Positions 1 to 17,738 of a stretch of DNA of 64,000 nt are shown here, in pieces (within the stretch, counting starts at the first letter, position 1; each line of letters begins with the position of its first letter). The notes under the pieces are model-generated. The model searched no databases, was not told the origin of the DNA, and saw nothing but the letters and a program-made list of their open reading frames with translations. The stretch covers positions 496,001-560,000 of the forward strand of contig MCFH01000021.1 in the NCBI GenBank assembly GCA_002104945.1, read 5' to 3'. A program made the position numbers and the translations under genes. Source of the DNA: Piromyces finnis finn. Taxonomy: Eukaryota > Fungi > Neocallimastigomycota.

Positions 1-2363
1 TCATCGTTATTCCTTTTTTCTTCGTTATTTTTTTCCTCTTCTTTTTCATCATTCATTGGAATAAAACTTCTATTCAGAGGAAATGTAAAATTACTTTCTA
101 GTAAAGCTTCACTTCTATGATTTCTTAACGGATTTAATGAATTAGCAGAATCTTCTAGATTAGGAAAAGCTTTTAAATTTTCATTATCATCCCCAACTTT
201 ATAAAATTTATCAAAAATATTTTCATCATCTTCTTCACTATCTGTATTATCACTTAAAAGGTCTACTGCTTTACTATTAGTAGTTCTTTTATATGTGGAA
301 GATGATGTGTATTTTTGTTCATTCCCTAAACGGTTTTTATTTAATGTATCTTCAAAATTTTCAGATGTATTATTTAAAAGTTCCTCTAAATTGGTTTTTT
401 TTCTATTTTCATCATCATCCTTCTATTATCATTTTTATAGGTAAAAATTTAATTTAAAAGAAATATATAAATTTAAATTAAAGTTATAAATAATAAAATA
501 TTTTTATTTCTTTAATTTATTATTATATATTGTTATATATTAATTATCATTTACATTTTCCAGTTTAAGTGACCATCCATTATCATCATTTTTAATTAAA
601 ATATATTCATTATTTCTTTCAGAAGCAATATTTTTTGACAAACCATTAAAAAGAGTTCCTTCACGATTAAATTGATGCAACGCCTCAGTTAATTTATTAC
701 GATAAATAGCACCTTTAATTTGTAATCTCGAAAAATCTAATGCAGAGTATATTAATAGTAAATAATAAATCATAGAATGATAAATAGTTGAATTAAAGAC
801 ATTTTATTATTACTTTTTTAATTATGATGATATTAAAAAAAATTGAAAGGATTACTAATTATTATGAATATTTCATAAAAAGGATATAGATGCGGCTTCT
901 AACATATTCTCAATACGTTCATAGGATCCTTGACGACTTTTATTTTTCATTTCATATACAATTTTATGTTGTACTTCTACTGGAAGTGTCTGAAAAAATT
1001 TAGATTCCAATACTTCATTGATATCCATATCGTAGCGAATTAAATTACTTAATTCATCTTTACTTGCTAAACGGTAATCGTCCATGCTTTAAATAAATTA
1101 TTATTATTATTATTATTATAGGGAATATAAATAAAAATTAAAGATAATGTTATATGAGAATAAGATTATGAATTAAAATTTAAATATTAATATATACAAT
1201 ATTAAAAATAATTCAAATACTACTATTATAAAATATAAAATATTAACATATTTTCCGGTTTTGGGGGTAAAACATATTCATCTTTTTTTGTTCTATCTTC
1301 ATAATTTGAAAGTTTAACTGCTTTTATAATTTCATCATTGATTTCTTTCTGAGAAAAAGAAGCATTTGAAATTGTATTTCCATTTTCTAATAAATATAGT
1401 AATTTTTATATTAATTCAATATTAATATAAAAAAAAAAAAAAAAATAATAAAAATATAAAAATAAAACATTTATTTTTATAATTAATACTAATATTCACC
1501 ATCTTTATTTCCTGTAGTGCTATTTGCTTGAATAGCGTTTAGGGTATTTAAATGAATTTGAGCAGCCAAAATTTTTTTTGCTGTACGTTGTACACTTTCT
1601 TGTTTTTTTATTCTTCGTTTTCTTCTTGAAGACTTTTATTATATTCAATAAATATATTACAATATAGTAATATGTTAATAACAAGAAATTTAATAATTAT
1701 ATAGATAAATTATAAAATAATGACTTAATATAAATGAAAAAAAAAGAAGTAATCCATTTGGTATTTTTAAATATACATTAATAATTTATATCATTAATTT
1801 CAATATATAAAATATTATTAAAAACCATATTATTTATTTAATGGAAATAATTAAAACAACTTACAATAGTGTTGGCTTTCAAATCAGGAACACCACCATC
1901 AAATACAAACACTGGTTTTATGTTATGAAATAAAAATTTACAAATTCTTCGAAAAAAACCTAAAATATGTGCATTATTTAGAGTTTTCCCTTCTTTATCT
2001 TTCAATGCTTTTATGAATTGGTGAAGCCAAATACTCGCATGTAATATTATTAAGGAATACATTTTTTTTTTTTTTTTTTAAATTCGAAAATTTTGTTTTA
2101 ATTTTTATTAATATTTAATTAATAATTTTGGAAAAACAAAAAATAAAAATAAATAAATTTGTATAGTTAAGGAATTTAAATTTTATAATTAGATTATTCA
2201 CAATTAAGGAATAAGATTATTTAATTATTTAATGTATTTCAAATTAAGAATTAATATTATTTTCTTAAAGGATATCTACTGCAAGAACTTTATCGCTTAA
2301 TTGTTCTAGTTGAACCGGTCTGGCGGCAGGATGAAGTAATTTCCATAGTCCTTTAACACCCAT
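1..2363 (-). CDS. RAD2: XPG/Rad2 nucleotide-excision-repair endonuclease, 5' part (runs off window start). Exons 2363-2276, 2040-1865, 1632-1500, 1386-1248, 1086-888, 746-555, 422-<1
   Basis: Spliced translation MGVKGLWKLLHPAARPVQLEQLSDKVLAVD/ASIWLHQFIKA...NAHILGFFRRICKFLFHNIKPVFVFDGGVPDLK is the XPG N-domain. Later FFQTLPVEVQHKIV and SALDFSRLQI motifs follow. All intron phases are consistent by hand count. Confidence 0.95.
747..887 (-). other. AT-AC (U12-type) intron in RAD2/XPG, 141 nt, phase 0
   Basis: Donor /ATATCCTTTT at 887 and acceptor ...ATATAC/ at 747. Removal joins EAAS to SALDFSRLQI in frame. The branch site is degenerate. Confidence 0.85.
2041..2275 (-). other. AT-AC (U12-type) intron 1 of RAD2/XPG, 235 nt, phase 1
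   Basis: Donor /ATATCCTTTA, branch-like TTCCTTAAT at 2057-2049, acceptor ...TATTAC/. Removal restores the conserved LAVD-ASIW junction. Confidence 0.93.
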
Positions 2364-2862
2364 GCCGAATTTTCAAATCACAATTAAATTTACTAAGAAT
2401 TATTAATTTAATGTTTTTTTTTTTTTTTTTTTTTTTATATTAATATCATAATGACAATTAGCAGTAAACAAATTAAAATACTTTATGCTTGAATAAAAGA
2501 AAGATATATTATTAGGATTGATTTTAATAAAATTTCATTTTTGAAATGAATTTATTTTTATATAAGATTCTTTTAATTTTAAATTCTACCTTTTTTTATT
2601 CTTCTTGAAAGTTAAATTAATTCATATAATTCATATAGAAAAAAATATCATTAAATTTAATTAATATTAAAATTTAAAATTATGGATAAATTAAAATTCA
2701 ATTAAAATTCAATTAAAATTCAATTATGCTAGTAAACAATTTTATGATATAAAATTAAATATATTTAAAATTAATTGTAAAGAAAATGTTATTACTCTAA
2801 AGAATTTTTTTTTTTTTATTAAAATATTAAAATATAGATAAAATACAAATTATTTAAAAAAA

Positions 2863-4874
2863 ATGTCTTTGCAAGGACTTTTGAGAAATATTAATTTTGA
2901 AATTCAAGATAATGAACTTAATAAATTTAAGGCTATTGACCATAATATTCGACATGCCTACTATACTCAAACGATTTATATATTATATCAATTAAAACAG
3001 TTTTGGAAGATGCAAGTAATTTAAAATTAACTTAATGATTAACTTAATAGTATATTACTATATTAAATATTAGAATATTATGAAAACGTATTATTAAATA
3101 ATTTTTATATATATTCTATATTTATGAAATAAAGCAATTAAAAAGAATAGATCCAGAAATGTTTAATAAAGAATATTTAAGTATTTTTACTAATGTTAAA
3201 CAAGTAAGTCAGGCTAATTTTGACAAACCTATTCAAAAAAAGATATTAAATGATGAAGAAATTGATGATATTACAAGAAATCAGATGTTTCAACTTTTAA
3301 CACAAAAAATAAATGGTATTGATATTGATGAACATTCCTTTAATACAAAATTGATTGCAGATAAATTATTTGAAAATTTGAACAATACTGATCCAGATCA
3401 TGCATTCAAAGTCGTTTGGATGGTTATGGATACTAAAATGTCTCATAGTGGTTTACTTGCTAAAAAAATACTCGATACGTGCTTAGAATTAGGTATATAT
3501 AATTTTTATACTATAAATTATGAAATAGTTAATTATTAACAATGTAATACTTAATATTTTTAGAAATATTTAAACCCAATGAAATATACTTGTATTCTAC
3601 AAATAAAGAAATTACAGAAAAACTAAACTATCCAAGTAATATACAATTTACAGATGATAGAATGGTAATCTTTAATATTAATTTATTTAATAAGTAAAAT
3701 AAATAATAATATCGAAAACATAAATATATATCATAAAAGCAAGTACCAAAAAATGTTGATGTAGTGATAATATCAACATCTGCCCCTGTTATTAAACGAT
3801 GCTCATTTTATACCCAAAAAATTTTTGGTAGTAATAATGAAGATGTAGTGAATCGTTTACCAATGATGTTACCTATTATACCATCTGTACCTACTTTAAA
3901 GTTAAGATTTGCTTTTGGATGGCATAGAACAATAGTTCCATGGGTGGTATGAATCATATATAGTTATTAAATATATCAATATATTTTAATTCTATAACAT
4001 TCATCGTATTTATATATAATATATAAACTAGGATAATGATTATATTTTTAATAATTATTTCAAGACTAATAATTCATATGTTAGTAATTTTTAATTTTTA
4101 ATTTTTATAGATAAATATAAATAATTTGTATAAGTAATATCCTATTAATTCAATAAATTGCATATTTATATTTTTTATTAAAAAAAAAAAATTAATAAAA
4201 ATAAAATTTTAATAGATATCATGGAAACCTGAACGTATTCCTGAAGAAATGATAAATATATATTTACCATCTCATTATTCAGATAAAATATTAGTAGAAG
4301 GTGAATCAAAATATGAAAAAGCTTATTATCAATATAAAGATTTTTTAGATCAAACTTTTGAGGTATTTTTAAATTATTGTATTGGTAAGCTTGGATTAAA
4401 AAGGACTGAAGCACAAGAGTAACTATCACCAAAAATATAATTTTAAATACTTTAATACAAATAAAAATATACGTAATAATCTTATTATTTATATAAAAAA
4501 TAACAGTTATGTTGAAATTGGGCTTTTTAATCAAGTATTTAAATTAAAAATTGAAAAGAGATTTCCAACATTTAACGAAGAGTAAATATTTACATATATA
4601 TTATTATTTTTAATAAATTATAATAAGGAGTGAAAATAAAATAACCAATATATTATCAAATAATATTTAAGAGATGAAGAGTTTTCCGAATATCAACTAA
4701 GACATCATTTTAATGAGAATTATAAAAATATAATGAAAAAATTAAAACTAATGAAAAAAATTTATGTAAGCTATCTAATATAATGTTCAAATGTTTATAT
4801 CTATGTATTATTATTACTAAAATTAAATCTATCTATATATTTTTTAATTATTAAAATAATTATATTTACAGTGA
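2863..4874 (+). CDS. Multi-exon hypothetical protein divergent from RAD2. Exons 2863-3015, 3135-3492, 3564-3664, 3740-3946, 4216-4418, 4507-4581, 4672-4765; stop at 4872-4874, or at 4783 if the last intron is unspliced
   Basis: Seven coding blocks join in frame through GT-AG introns with matching phases (MSLQGLLRNI...KVVWMVMDTKMSHSG...LRFAFGWHRTIVPWVISWKPERIP...). No family recognised. Confidence 0.7.
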
Positions 4875-5601
4875 TAAAACAATATATAAAATAAAATATT
4901 GAATTACATGTACTATCAAAAAATTTCAAAATTATAATAAAAACTACAATATTATTTATAAAAAATCAAAAGAAATTAAATTTATAAATATGAGTAACTT
5001 TCTGTTTTTTTAAAAAAATTATATATACAGTTATAAAGAATTTATATAAAACAAACTACTCACATCATTAAAAAAAAAAAAAGGCAATTATTTAAAATTT
5101 ATATATTAAATACTAAAAGTATTGAAAATGAGGAATTTCATTTTTGTTTCTATTTTATAAACATAAACTATTTTAAAATTTATGTAATAAATTAAAACTA
5201 TTGGATTAAAAATTGTGTCACCTTACATTCAACTTTAATTTATAATAATTTTATATTTTTTTATTTTATAAAAATAAACTTAAATAGCTTAAAAAAAGAG
5301 TTAAAAAAAAAAAATTATTTAAATATTAAAGAAAAAAAAAAAAAATATGAATTACAAATCCTTTTTAATAATATTTAATATTTAATTTTTTATTTTTATT
5401 TATATTAATATATAAAATTTGATTTTCCTTTATTTATCATTTTAAATAAGTTTAAATAATTATTATAAAATTTTAAATATAAATAAAATTTAAAGTGTTT
5501 TATATAAATAAATGCTTAACTATAATTATAATAATATTTATGAATTAGATAATTATTTGATGATGATAATAATAATTGAATATTTTTATTTTTTATTTTA
5601 T

Positions 5602-6789
5602 TCACCAATTATTATATAAAACCAAAAGAATTGATGCTATTAAAGTCATAAATAAAGAAACTTTAGCATTCATTCTTGCATCATCTTCAATTTCTATAGC
5701 CTTATAAAATTCATTTGTAATAGCTGTATTTTCAACTATATAGAAAGGCTGAGTAAGTGCTGGAAGAATATCACCATCACTATAACATTCAAAATTACCT
5801 TTATTTGATTGAGCATCTTTATCGTCACCATAAATTCTAAGTCTGTATTTAACATTTGATTTTGGACTTTGTCTAAAACCATGATCAGTATCAGTAATAA
5901 CTTCCCAATTATATTGGTATGATCTAGTACGACTAACAATTGGTCCTTCTTCTATTTCTGAAATTGGAATAGTTTTTGAAAATACATGTCTATCCCAAGA
6001 ATTAGTCCATATATTTGGATTGGAATCTTCTTCGTAAAACAATTTTATGGTAATATTACTACTAGGCATATTATGTTTGAATCCATCTAAAAGTTTATTA
6101 TAATACCAAATAACAGTGAAATTGGAATTCATAACAATAATGCTAAATTATGAATTTATAATATTTAATAAAAATGATATAAAAAACATTCATTAATATA
6201 TACTTTAATAATATAATTCATGATTATAATATTTCTTTCATTATTACCTTTTCTTTTGTGGCTTATGGAAGGCAAAGTTTCCTAATGAATTCTTTTCTTC
6301 AACACATTGTTTACCCATATCTACTTCTTCATCTTCATCATTATTATCATCATTAGAATCTTTATTTACAGAAGTTGTATTATTATCATTATTCATATTA
6401 TTATTATTATTGTTATTATTATTATTGTTATTATTGTTATTATTATTATTATTAATATTATTGTTATTAATATTATTGTTGTTATTAATATTATTGTTTA
6501 CTTCAGTATTAGTGTTCATATTGCTATTTTCAGTTGGGTTATTAATACTTGTATTTGCATTAACTTTTTCTTCATTAACATTAGAATTATCTGTAACCAT
6601 TTGAGCTTTTACATTTGGACTCATATTAATATTTGGTTGTTCAATATTATTTTGACTATAAAAATTATTAATATCATCTAATATTGAATTGAAACTGATG
6701 GCCTTTGTAAACTCATTATTTCCATTTTGTCCTCTTGTTAATAATAAGTTTAAAACAATACATAATATAGTAACATAGGTGTATTTCAT
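5602..6789 (-). CDS. Secreted, probably GPI-anchored protein with Asn-rich low-complexity region (exons 6789-6248, 6142-5602)
   Basis: Signal-peptide-like N-terminus MKYTYVTILCIVLNLLLTRG, poly-Asn tract, in-frame GT-AG intron 6247-6143, hydrophobic C-terminus VSLFMTLIASILLVLYNNW. Confidence 0.75.
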
Positions 6790-9700
6790 TTTGATATAAT
6801 CTATTTTAATAATTAAAAAATATTAAATATGGAATAAATATTTTTTTTTATTAGTAATTTATTTTAAATGTATAAATATATCTAAATTTATATCTTTGTA
6901 ATAAATTATTCTATTTTTATTAAATGATTTATAAAATAAAAATATTTATAAACAATTTCTAAAACTTTTGCATTTAAAATAAAATATTTTTCTAGTATAA
7001 ACTTTTAATACTTACTTTTGTGTTTAATTTAGATTAATATTTAATGTACAAAATTAATTTGACTTTTTATTATTTTTCAAAAAATGAAAATTTATGCCAA
7101 AGCTTAATAGTAATATTTAAGTTATTAAATTAAAAATTTTTATATCTTCTTTACTTTTCGATGATAGTATATATTTAATTAATAAATTAATTTCTCTCTT
7201 TTTGAAGCTTATTTTTTTTGTATTTTCTTTTATAATATAAATAAAGATTTATTATTGAAATTTAAAGCTCTTTTAAAGAGAGAAATTAAATTTTTTTTAA
7301 TTGCTTATTAATTTATAAAGTTCTTTTTTCCTAAGAAGGAAATTTGTTGATTCTTATTTTATAAATAAGATGTATATGAATTTTTAATGAAGGGTTGTTT
7401 AAAAAACAAAAGTTTTTTTTTTAGTTAAAAAAAAAATAAAAAAAAAAAAAACTTTCGTTAAATATATAATAGTGATAATATTATTGTTTTTTTTTATAAA
7501 ATAAAAAAAATTTTTTTAATTTTTTTTTTCTTTTTTACTTAGTATTGTATATTAAATATATTGAAATATATTGTGATATACAATAAAAATAATGTATTTA
7601 ATAGACGGCTATGTTTTTGAAAACTTTAATTATTAACAGAGTAATTACTAATTTTTTGTCCTACTTTATTTAATAATTGATTTTTTATATTATTATTTAT
7701 ATTATTTATATATAATGATATATATTGTTTATTTTTAACCAGCAATTATTTAATATTATAGAAAAGAAATTATTAGCTTATTTTATTTAATATATATTCT
7801 TAATATAATATTAATTAATTCATAATATATCATATAATATTATTATCATATAAAAAGTTTTGTATTGGATCATTTTTATTGATTTTAATATAAATAATTT
7901 CATAACATTATATAATATTTTTATAATAATTCAATCTACCTATTTTATATTTCAATAGTATATATTTTATATATATATAAAAATTGCTATAATGTAATGA
8001 ATATAAATGAAATATTATTATCATATATAATAATAAATAAAAAATAAATGTTAAATCAATATTTTTTGATTATATAATGTTAGAGTAAATATAGAATTTT
8101 AATAAATATAATTAATGCAAATGAAGATAAAAAAAATATAAAAAATTTATTATTCATTAGTATATTTTTAAGATAATTATTAAATAGCTATGTATGCTTA
8201 AAATAATGATAAATGCTTAGATATAAACAATATATCATAATATATCATTAATTATACATTTATTATATTATTCTGATTTAATAAGTTACTAATATTAATA
8301 ATGAATTATTGCTAATGGAAGAAATTAACTACATATATCTATAAATACACATGATACAACATGATTTGTGTAATATAGAATGTAAATATATCTATTCCAT
8401 TAAACTAAGCGCTAAGTTTTATACTTAATTTATATTAAATAAAATGATAATGAATTACAGCTTTTTTTTTTTTATAATAAAACAGTTTTTATAACGATGA
8501 TATAATATTTTTATTTTTAAATAAAATCAAATTTGAAGGGAAAAATTATCAAAATAAAATTTAAATTCGGTTTGTTTTATTGGTTACCAAGTTATATTTA
8601 AGAATGAATTTTTTTCTTCTAAAAACCAAAATAAATTTTTTTAAAAGAGTAGATATAAAGGTATAAATAAATATGTAATACCCTGCTTGCTAATAACTTT
8701 TTTGTTAATTAAAATAATAATAGGTGTTTTTAAAAAAAAGATTACCCTATAATAATATTATTATATTTTTTTAATTATGTTCATTTATATATATATAATA
8801 TTTTTGTTATTTAGTTTTGTTAAATTAAATAAGTAAAAGTTATATAAAATAATTCACTTCAGTATTATGACTAAATAAAAGAATATGATTAAAACAACAT
8901 CACCCCAATTTTATAAATATCTTGTTTCTTTTTCTTTTTTTTTTTCTTTTTGCTTTAGATATTTCCTTTTCTTCTTTTTTTTTTTTTTTAATTTCTTTTA
9001 ATTGTATTAATAATAAAAGTGTAATGTTATGAAATTATATTAAATAAACTTCAGATCACAAATATAATTTTGTTGTTTGGTTTAGAAAAAAAATTTTTTT
9101 GGTTAAGTAGTAACATACATATAAATTTTTTATATGTATTTTTTTTATTTTAATAATATATTAGATATTTAAAAATAAGGTTAAAGATATAGTAGCAAAA
9201 TATAAAAATCTAGTTTGCATATAAAGATAGTATAAAGGTAAAATACCGAACTTAATGTGATAATAATCAGTGTTAGTGAACAAAATTATAAATGAATAAT
9301 AAAAAAATAGAATTTAATTTTACAATTTAGTAATAAGAATTTCTTATAAATTATGAAGAAATACAAATTACAAAGGTTGAAACATATATATTTCCATATT
9401 TTACATAAAAAGTAATTTGTATGATAATAATAACAAACAAATAAATAAATAATTAGAAAAAGGAAAAATATATGAAATTATAAAAAAGTAGAAAACAGCT
9501 TTTAATGATATTGGAATTTTAAAAAATATTTACATGATTTATTCATATTTGAAATATCTGAATGGATAATATTGGAAATATTTAATGGAGATAAAAATGA
9601 AAATGAAAGCAAGCTATATACTAACAAACATAATCACATAATCCAATAATAACAAATATAAAACTATTGATTGCTAAAACAATAATAAATATCCAATATT

Positions 9701-9883
9701 GATATATATCCTAATACTTATGTTTTTTTTCTTTTCTCTATATTTATTAATGATCATATATAATATACATATACTTAATATTAAAGATAATAAATTCACC
9801 GGATAGCTATAACAAATATTATTTTTATAAGTGAAAATTTAATTTTCTCATTAGAAATATTTAAAAATTCATAATATAATAAA

Positions 9884-13687
<3,804 letters not shown>

Positions 13688-14168
13688 AAAAGAATAATAA
13701 AACACAAAAACACAAAAACAAAAAAATAAAAAAAAAAAAAAGACAAGAATAAAAAATATTTTAATAGCTACACATAAAATAATAATAAAAATAGTAATAA
13801 AAATTATATTTATAATAGTAATAAAAAATTTTTATATGAATTACTATATATTTGTTTAAATTAATTACTTTAAGGAAATAAATTTTAATAAAGAAAATGG
13901 ATAAAGAAAATAAATATAACATATAATAAAATTATTATATGCTATACTTTTTATTTTTTGCGATGAGAATCAACTTTTTTTTAATTTTTATTTTATTTAT
14001 ATATAATTAATATAGTTAAATATTTTTTAGAAATACATTTTTTTTTTTTTTTTTTTTTTAAAAAAAAGTAGTAGTTAGTATTAGTTATTTTATTTTATAT
14101 TATTTTTATTTTTTTTTTAAATTTATTATTTGAATATATATTTTTTTTAATATTTAGTTTTATTTGAA

Positions 14169-17100
14169 TTAATTTTCCATCATATGAGTATTTTCTTTTT
14201 CTTCAATTACTGTATCATTATCATTCATAAGTGATAAATCACCTTCATCAAATTCTTGTGTTATATCTTCATTATCATCGTAGAGTGCATCATTACTTGA
14301 AGAATTATTTAAATCAGAAGAATCTGTATCAATGGATGGTTGGGTATTCACTAAACTATTATCTTGACCAGCACTAGTATACATTGAATCAGCATTGTTA
14401 AAATCAGCAAAATTTTCAGAACAATAATTCGTTGAAGAAGAGCTTATTGAATTACTAATAACATTACTATTACTATTTGAAATAGTATTTCCCATTTGCA
14501 TAGGCATACTCATTTGCATTTGCATTTCTATTTGCTTTTGTTGTTGAAGCTTTATTTCTTCTTCATCAATTATATCTGGTTTATCATCTAAATCTGGTAG
14601 TTTAAATTCATTTCCTGATTCATGACATCTTTCATAGAACAAAAGATAAGCACTAGAAGTTATAATACTATTTTCTGAAGTTTCGGATACAAAACTATCA
14701 TTACAGTCATACCATTTATCATTATTCTTTACGTAAGCAGTGTAATGACCTCCACCAGTGGAACCACTATGATTAGAAATAGCGTATAGATTATAGATAT
14801 ATTTTTCTTCACTCTTTGGACCGATGATAACATTAGTTAAGTCTAATCCTTTAATTGGGAATTTTACTAAAACACTATTTTTACGAGAGGAATAGTATCT
14901 TCTATCTTGAATAAAACGCTTAAGATGAACAATAAGAATTTCTGGTGCTTTCCAAATGTCCATCTTTTTATAAGCTTCTCTATCATCTTTACAATTTGGA
15001 CAGAACCATTTATTTTCATCAGTTAAAATTTCTTCTTTAATAAATTCATCGATACATTCTTCTAATGAAATTGGCTTTGACTCAGGTTTTTTCACAGAGT
15101 GTATATTATTTGTCTTTGGTGAAAATACTTCGAATTTTTTTTTACCAAATAAGAATTCAAGAAGAGCTGGTTTCCATGTAACACTAATTAAAAGATCTTT
15201 TGGTCTCATACTAATTTTAGCATTTCTAATTTCATTAGTTTTTCTATAGCTATATTTTTCTTCTTTTTGTTCTGATTCATATGATGAGTTATCTTTAACC
15301 TTATATAAAGCAACTCTTTTACATGTGTATTCATAACTATAGGAATATGAATAGAAACTTTCATTTGGTTTATCAGTATAAATTAATTGAACATCAAAAA
15401 GTTTAGGTATTATCTTCCAACCATCATTGATTGGATAAATATTTTCAACGTCATTTTTATTATCATTTTCTTCATTAATATCGCTTTCATCAGATATTTT
15501 GGCTTGAGTTGCTTGATAAGTGTTTTCTAATAATGTATCTTCATCTTCATTCATTGGCATGACTTCTTCATTTCCATCATTGTTTGATAAATCGTTTTCT
15601 TGTTGACTATTTGATTCTTCAGTATCAAGAATACTTGTAATATTATTAAAGTTTTCATTATCAGAATCGTCAGAACTTGAGGCATTTTCAGCAGTTTTAA
15701 CATCTTGAGTTGTACTTTTATTTAAATTTTCTTCCTCTTCTTTAATTTGCTTAAGACATTCATATACCTTTGGGTCTAATTCATCATTTGGATCAAGAGT
15801 AGCAATTTTATATTCAGTGAAATTTTGATAGTATTTAACAATTTCACGATAAATAGCCCAACCTAAAAATCTTCTATCAATCATTTTTTCTTCATCTTCA
15901 AATTGAGTAAAGTTTGGTAAATTAATTAAGAATGGAAAACCATTGTCATCACTGGAATATTTATCAGCATTTTCAACTTTGTGATACACTGGAACATTAA
16001 TATTTAATTTTACTGTCTGTTTATCTTTTGGATTTGGTAAGTAGCTTATAATATTATTTATTGAGAATCTATTGAAATTAATATAGGCAAAAAGGGTGTA
16101 ATAACTTTGTTCAAGAGATTGAATATTTTCAACTAATTCAGAATTTTCGAAATAAGAGTTCATTGTGTGATCACGGCCTTGAAATATTTCTATATTGTTA
16201 ACTTCTACTCCAGAAATAATATTATTTTCTTTTAATTTTTCACAAATTTTTTCTTTCATTGTAGCGATAGACTGAGATTTGAGTACAATTATTTTAACAG
16301 TATCTAAATATTTGCCATTAAGAAGTACTTCAATTGGTACTTCAATTTCTTGATTTTCTGGTATTGGTAATGTCAAATAAACAAATGGTTCGAAATTTAA
16401 ACGTTTAGTGTCACATGTTTTACAAATATTAATACTACGATATTGACCATAAAATAGATCAACGATAATACTATTTTCACGACGAATATGTAAATCCCAT
16501 GATGTTTTTGCTGCTTCCATATCTTCCATGTTATTCATATCCGGATATTCTTCGAATTTCTTTACTGGAACTCTATTAATATCTTCGTGTAAACCATCTA
16601 ATAATGATGCAATAAATTCTTGACAATCATGTTGATGGTAACCTTCAAATGAAGGTGTATGCTTACTAATAACACTTTTAAATTCAGTTGGTCTAAATGC
16701 TCCACTATTTTCTCCCCATAAATTCTCCAATACCTTAACAAAGGCTTTAACCATTTTACCTTTCATACCATGAATGCTAGTTAAGTTTAATTCTTTTTTC
16801 CAATAACCCCTTAATAAATAATCACGAAGTAAAGTAGTATGAGCAATACATTGAAGACCTGAATTCATGAAACAGGTATTTCCTAAATTACTTAAACCAG
16901 TAGTTCCTGGAATATGATTACTCATTACTGGATCTGAGGAATATATTTCACTATATGGAGGTGGTAATTCATCATCATAATCTGAACTATTTGATTTATC
17001 ATCATGTTTTCCTAAGCTAGAATTTCTCATTGGTGTATATACTAGTCCATTTTGGGAAAAATCATTGTCTTCTCTCGAATTTGATATAGCCTTACTATTA

Positions 17101-17738
17101 TTAGCAAATGAACAAGAATTAGTAGTTGAGTAAGAATTAATTGAATTATTCATTTCATTCCTTATATTATTTTTATTCATATATAAAATTTAAGAATTTC
17201 ATTAAATTTAATATGTTTGAAATATATATACAAATAATAAATAAACAATAAGGATATAACATTATACATATATTACATAAATAATATTAAAAACGGGTTT
17301 TTTATAATATGAATTTGAAATTAATTAAAATATAAGTTTTATATTTAAATAAATTTTTAAGTTATCATTTATGAAATATTAAAAATAATAAATATATATA
17401 TGTTAGAAAAAAGGTTTTATCATAGAATATCATTTTATTTAAATTATTATATATTCAATTCAATTCAATTCAATTAAAAATATTTACATTTCAGTATTTT
17501 CAGGATTAAATTCGATTAATTTTGTTTTGTTGGATTCCCCATTTTCTATGGTTAAATTGTTATCGTTACTATGATTATCCATTTTTGTTGATGTTTGAGT
17601 AATACTTGTATTTTGTTCAGTTTCACTTGTTATTTTCATACGTTTGAATGCAATATTATTATTAGTTTCAATCTCTTCACTATTACCTGATTCGTTATTA
17701 TTATTATTACTTGAAGTATCAAAATTATTAATAATCAT
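14169..17738 (-). CDS. Ubiquitin-specific protease (peptidase C19, USP4/11/15-Ubp12-like). Exons 17738-17488 and 17160-14169
   Basis: Cys box GLSNLGNTCFMNSGLQC, QHDCQEF, SIIVDLFYGQ, two CxxC pairs, LIVHLKRF, His box YAISNHSGSTGGGHYTAY. The upstream exon joins in frame via a phase-2 intron. Confidence 0.92.

Noticed and set aside
6307-6681. Hydrophobic poly-Ile/poly-Leu ORFs (also 11347-11811, 33147-33410, 52580-52852, 55128-55346)
   Set aside because: These are alternative-frame or antisense translations of microsatellites or poly-Asn/poly-Gln coding tracts, not genes.
9480-9720. Short coding-looking stretch upstream of RQC1 (YWNFKKYLHDLFIFEISEWIILE...)
   Set aside because: No start codon, splice context or recognisable motif; it cannot be distinguished from decayed or random sequence.
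17250-17257. Extra ATATCCTT hits on the minus strand (17250-17257, 24256-24263, about 38037)
   Set aside because: They are not at exon boundaries and have no matching branch site plus AC acceptor; such hits are expected by chance in AT-rich DNA.
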